DNA from: Nitrospirota bacterium
GTDB lineage: Bacteria > Nitrospirota > UBA9217
Length of the DNA: 64,000 bases
NCBI GenBank assembly: GCA_963737155.1
Contig: CAVTRN010000002.1
Location: forward strand, 2,656,001 to 2,720,000
Direction of reading: 5' to 3'
The notes under the pieces are model-generated. The model saw only the letters and a program-made list of their open reading frames with translations, was not told the DNA's origin and ran no database searches. How positions within the stretch are numbered: position 1 is the stretch's first letter; each line of letters starts with the position of its first letter. The position numbers and the translations under genes were made by a program. Shown here one piece after another: positions 61,449 through 64,000 of the stretch.

Positions 61449-62240
61449 TTAGGCAACCATTTTCCTGCGCAGGCCGATAAGACCAAGCAGACCGGAGCCG
61501 AAGAGGTAAACAGCAGCCGGAATTGGCGTGGGGGACGGCGTGCCTGCCAAGACTGTTACGAGTTGACCACTGGAGTTGACCAAGGTTTCGAGCGAGGCGA
61601 CAGCCGTGCCCTTGATGTCTGTAGTACTGCCATCCGGAGTGGCACCGTAGTAATAGAGCATCTGGTTCACATAGCCGGTGGTTGAAAGCGCAGCAAGATT
61701 CATTTCAGCAGTGTTACCGGGAACAGTCTGGTCCAGATAAGTGCCCATCGTGCCGACTGCGTACCCGGCTCCATTCATGTTTGTCCAATAGGAACTCGCG
61801 TTGCTCTGCAGCGATGACGCATTGTTGCCAACGGCAATCGAATTGTAATACGGCAGCACCGTTGACGCGTTGAGTTGGAATCCTGACCAGAATTGACCGG
61901 GAGCGGCAGTAGCGCCGGTTGTTGGACCGCTGGTCCAAGCAGCGCCATTCCCGCTATTAAGGGTCGAGGACATGATGAAGTAGCCAACATTCGCATTGCT
62001 CCAGCTGGTAGCCCCTGCTTGGCTTAAGCTGACGGTGTCCGTGGTGTCGTTCAGGTACGCGCCGCTGCCTGGGGCGGTCAGGCTTGAAAAATTACCCAAG
62101 TCGGTGGCATACTCCGTGCCGGAACCGGTTCCGCTGTATACTACGCGGATCAAATCTCCTTCGCTAAAAGCGGCCATGGCTTTTCCGCTCACACCGAGCA
62201 TGAGCAGGGCAACCATCATGAGCATCATGATCTTTTTCAT
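61449..62240 (-). CDS. VPLPA/PEP-CTERM exosortase substrate protein
   Basis: Signal peptide, S/T/G/N-rich body, C-terminal TPIPAAVYLFGSGLLGLIGLRRK. Confidence 0.92.
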   Translation of the reverse strand: MKKIMMLMMVALLMLGVSGKAMAAFSEGDLIRVVYSGTGSGTEYATDLGNFSSLTAPGSGAYLNDTTDTVSLSQAGATSWSNANVGYFIMSSTLNSGNGAAWTSGPTTGATAAPGQFWSGFQLNASTVLPYYNSIAVGNNASSLQSNASSYWTNMNGAGYAVGTMGTYLDQTVPGNTAEMNLAALSTTGYVNQMLYYYGATPDGSTTDIKGTAVASLETLVNSSGQLVTVLAGTPSPTPIPAAVYLFGSGLLGLIGLRRKMVA

Positions 62241-62381
62241 TGTTTTCTTCTCCTGAGTTTTGAAATGGGTTAATTGTTTCTACTGCCGAACGGCCTTTTT
62301 CGCTGCGTACGACTCCTTCGTGGTTTATCGCCCTCTTCGCTATGCGACCGGAGTTCAATGCGCTTATGTGTGGTCCGCTGG

Positions 62382-62476
62382 TCAGTATCTTCCCCTCAGG
62401 CAACCCGGCCATCCACCACTGTGGGATCCGTGGGCTTTCCGTCATCCGGTTACCCGGATTTTGGCTTTATACTGAA
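62382..62476 (-). ncRNA. c-di-GMP-I (GEMM-I) riboswitch
   Basis: AAAGCCAAA-AUCCGG-GUAA-CCGGAU-GACGGAAAGCCCACGGAUCC..GGAUGGCCGGGUUGCC with GNRA loop; closing helix UCAGUAU/AUACUGA. Confidence 0.88.
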
Positions 62477-62583
62477 GGTCGGATGCGGGCTTTGCGCCGA
62501 CATCCTACCTGTTTTTACGCCAAAGCATTACAGTCGTTCTTGCCCTCCTTTCTTATTGGAATATTGAACCCACCGGTTTATGC

Positions 62584-62659
62584 AAAAAAACTCTCACTGA
62601 AGTTCGGCAGGCTCGCGATCCGGGCTTCCTGTTCCCTTTCCCAGGTCAGCCAAGTACCC
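62584..62659 (-). ncRNA. Candidate cis-regulatory RNA motif, copy B, with downstream U7 tract
   Basis: GGGUACUUGGCUG-ACCUGGGAAAGGGAA-CAGGAAGCCC. Confidence 0.6.
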
Positions 62660-62669
62660 AAATCGAAAT

Positions 62670-62716
62670 AAAAAAAGCCCGATACGAGATGGAAGCATCC
62701 TCTCGAATCGGGCTTT
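62670..62716 (-). terminator. Intrinsic terminator in the leader of the PEP-CTERM gene
   Basis: AAAGCCCGAU-UCGAGA...UCUCGU-AUCGGGCUUU-UUUU. Confidence 0.8.
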
Positions 62717-62760
62717 CTGGTGCGCGACAAAACATTTGTCGGTCAGCAAAGGACCCTGAT
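62710..62760 (-). ncRNA. Candidate antiterminator RNA motif, copy A
   Basis: AUCAGGGUCCUUUGCUG-AC-CGACAAA/UUUGUCG-CGCACCAGAAAGCCC; AAAGCCC is shared with the terminator 5' arm. Confidence 0.65.
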
Positions 62761-62846
62761 GGTCGCTTGTGCGTCAGTAATTTTCTAATGGTCCGTGGTA
62801 ATGGCTACCGCGTTAATCGCACTTCTCGATGCAGGTTACAGAGACG

Positions 62847-62889
62847 ATAATACTTATCCAATGTTACAGGGGAATACAGTTCAATGATT
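62847..62889 (-). promoter_or_regulatory. Pho-box-like promoter (proximal)
   Basis: AATCAT, TGTATT, TGTAAC (11- then 10-bp spacing); TATTAT begins 16 bp after the last unit start. Confidence 0.6.
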
Positions 62890-63240
62890 GTTTAGCGATT
62901 TTTAAATAACCTCTCTGCCGCTCTTCTCAATCCTTTCCACGAACAATGTCCTTTCAATTCAGGCCGGTGCATCCTTTGCATGTCTTTGGCCATGGACTTC
63001 ACTATTTTAAGGTTAGATATGAATCATATCCTTGGTAAGGCGCCCTATCGCCTGCATGACAATTTTTGATAAATGCTACTGAGCGAACTATCGTGTCTTC
63101 CTATGCAAGCTGCTAAGGTACTCGGCATAAGAGTTGTCGTCAATAAAGAACCATGATAGTCGCCTGTTTCATTAACATTCACAACATCCGCGTATTGACT
63201 GCCGCCTAACATAAGCTTCTTGATCTAGCTTACATAACAG

Positions 63241-63295
63241 AGAGTACATGTCCAATGTTACACTATAATTACAATTCAATGATTCTTGTGTTAAT
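63241..63295 (-). promoter_or_regulatory. Pho-box-like promoter (distal)
   Basis: ATTAAC, AATCAT, TGTAAT, TGTAAC at an 11-bp period; TACTCT begins 16 bp after the last unit start. Confidence 0.6.
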
Positions 63296-63483
63296 GATCA
63301 TCAATTTTTTTCTGGTACTTTCTAACGACTCCATATAAAATATCACGATAATTCATATCGATTCGCTCTTTACACAGTCTTTCAACAAAAGAAGCTTCCG
63401 CATTTAAAGGTAAAGTCGAAATTATTTCCTCAGCGGATCTATTTGCCTGCACAATTTTCTTTTGACCGGTCCTGAGGTACGAA

Positions 63484-63999
63484 CTATTGTGTCTTCCTGT
63501 TAAGGTTGGCCAGGTAATTCGCTGTAAATATATACTCCAAGAAATATATTTTGTTATCCCTATGAAGCGCTGAAGATTGTTTGTTAATGTATTCCTGCAG
63601 CTCATCAAGGAAATTATTTTCATCGACCCCGTCATCTAGTTTTATTGGCGGTGAAACTACAAGCGGATAGTCAAGGAATTCCCGGCCCGTATCTATGGCC
63701 AGTCTTACGTCCCATGTCCCTTCATTCGGCAGCACGGTCATGACGATTCCTTTTTCGCTCACTTCTTTCGAGATTAGTATTCCATTGGCCAAAGCAATCC
63801 CGATAGGATACGATTCTTCCTTCTGAACTTCCATTCTGATCGTGACTGGCGTTTTCCCATCGGAGATGGCGATTGCCGGCTCCTGCGCAGATCTGTCACC
63901 GTCTCTCCGCTTGAACAGAGCAGCAAATGTTTTCAGCCCTTTCCGCCCCTCGAATTTTTTGAACCGCTGCAGTACACTGGTTTCATCATAGATGATAGA
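63484..63999 (-). CDS. 3' end of a conserved hypothetical protein, truncated by the window edge
   Basis: Frame is open to the window end: SVLQRFKKFEG..QEPAIAISDGKT..YIFTANYL. Recalls C-termini of Geobacter-type cohesin-domain exported proteins (recollection, unverified). Confidence 0.6.
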   Translation of the reverse strand, partial: SIIYDETSVLQRFKKFEGRKGLKTFAALFKRRDGDRSAQEPAIAISDGKTPVTIRMEVQKEESYPIGIALANGILISKEVSEKGIVMTVLPNEGTWDVRLAIDTGREFLDYPLVVSPPIKLDDGVDENNFLDELQEYINKQSSALHRDNKIYFLEYIFTANYLANLNRKTQ

Positions 64000-64000
64000 T

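Noticed and set aside
62487-62527. Possible fifth motif copy (GCUUUGGCG...CGCAAAGCCC)
   Set aside because: Lacks the 5' GGGU and CUG/CAG helix; too degenerate to count without a covariance model.
62604-62660. Resemblance to a cobalamin riboswitch 3' end (CUGGGAA...AGCCCGGA...CCUGCCG)
   Set aside because: The upstream cobalamin core is absent; the sequence is better explained as copy B of the repeated leader motif.
62240-63290. Sigma54 (-24/-12) promoter typical of PEP-CTERM genes
   Set aside because: No convincing TGGCAC-N-TTGC found by eye.
63291-63635. 114-aa ORF overlapping the end of the upstream gene
   Set aside because: Overlaps the better-supported frame, has no recognisable motif and runs into the promoter array.

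Overview
Bacterial genomic window whose gene content resembles Nitrospirota or Geobacter-like deltaproteobacteria (inference). It reads as one large phosphate-starvation and cell-surface locus. The left arm (1-12.4 kb, mostly + strand) holds an InsA-like zinc-finger gene, a PhoB-like regulator, arsC and psiE pseudogenes, hemerythrin, a GH1 glycosidase and a PHP/GT21/OlsF-like/flippase lipid-remodelling cluster. An IS630 follows at 13.6-14.7 kb. The right arm (15-62.9 kb, - strand), in transcription order, holds a VPLPA/PEP-CTERM protein, a Cys-rich PstS/DING-like protein, an FKBP, TpsB, a 3471-aa TpsA, DUF2341-ExbB/ExbD/TonB, a putative porin and a PPIase; this resembles the Pseudomonas pdtAB/PA0690-PA0699 region. 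A Wzx/Wzy exopolysaccharide cluster with an exosortase-EpsI fusion follows. Non-coding structure: six Pho-box-like arrays each with a -10 element at a constant distance, a c-di-GMP-I riboswitch, two MITE families, and four copies of an unrecognised bulged-stem RNA motif (GGG-UM-CUUK-G-CUG...CRG-RAAG-CCC) whose 3' arm overlaps terminator or competing hairpins in the best-preserved copies. Two paralogous small proteins lie beside these motifs, one missing from the ORF track. This is a candidate small-protein/RNA antitermination system. All family assignments come from motif recognition only; no searches or folding programs were run.
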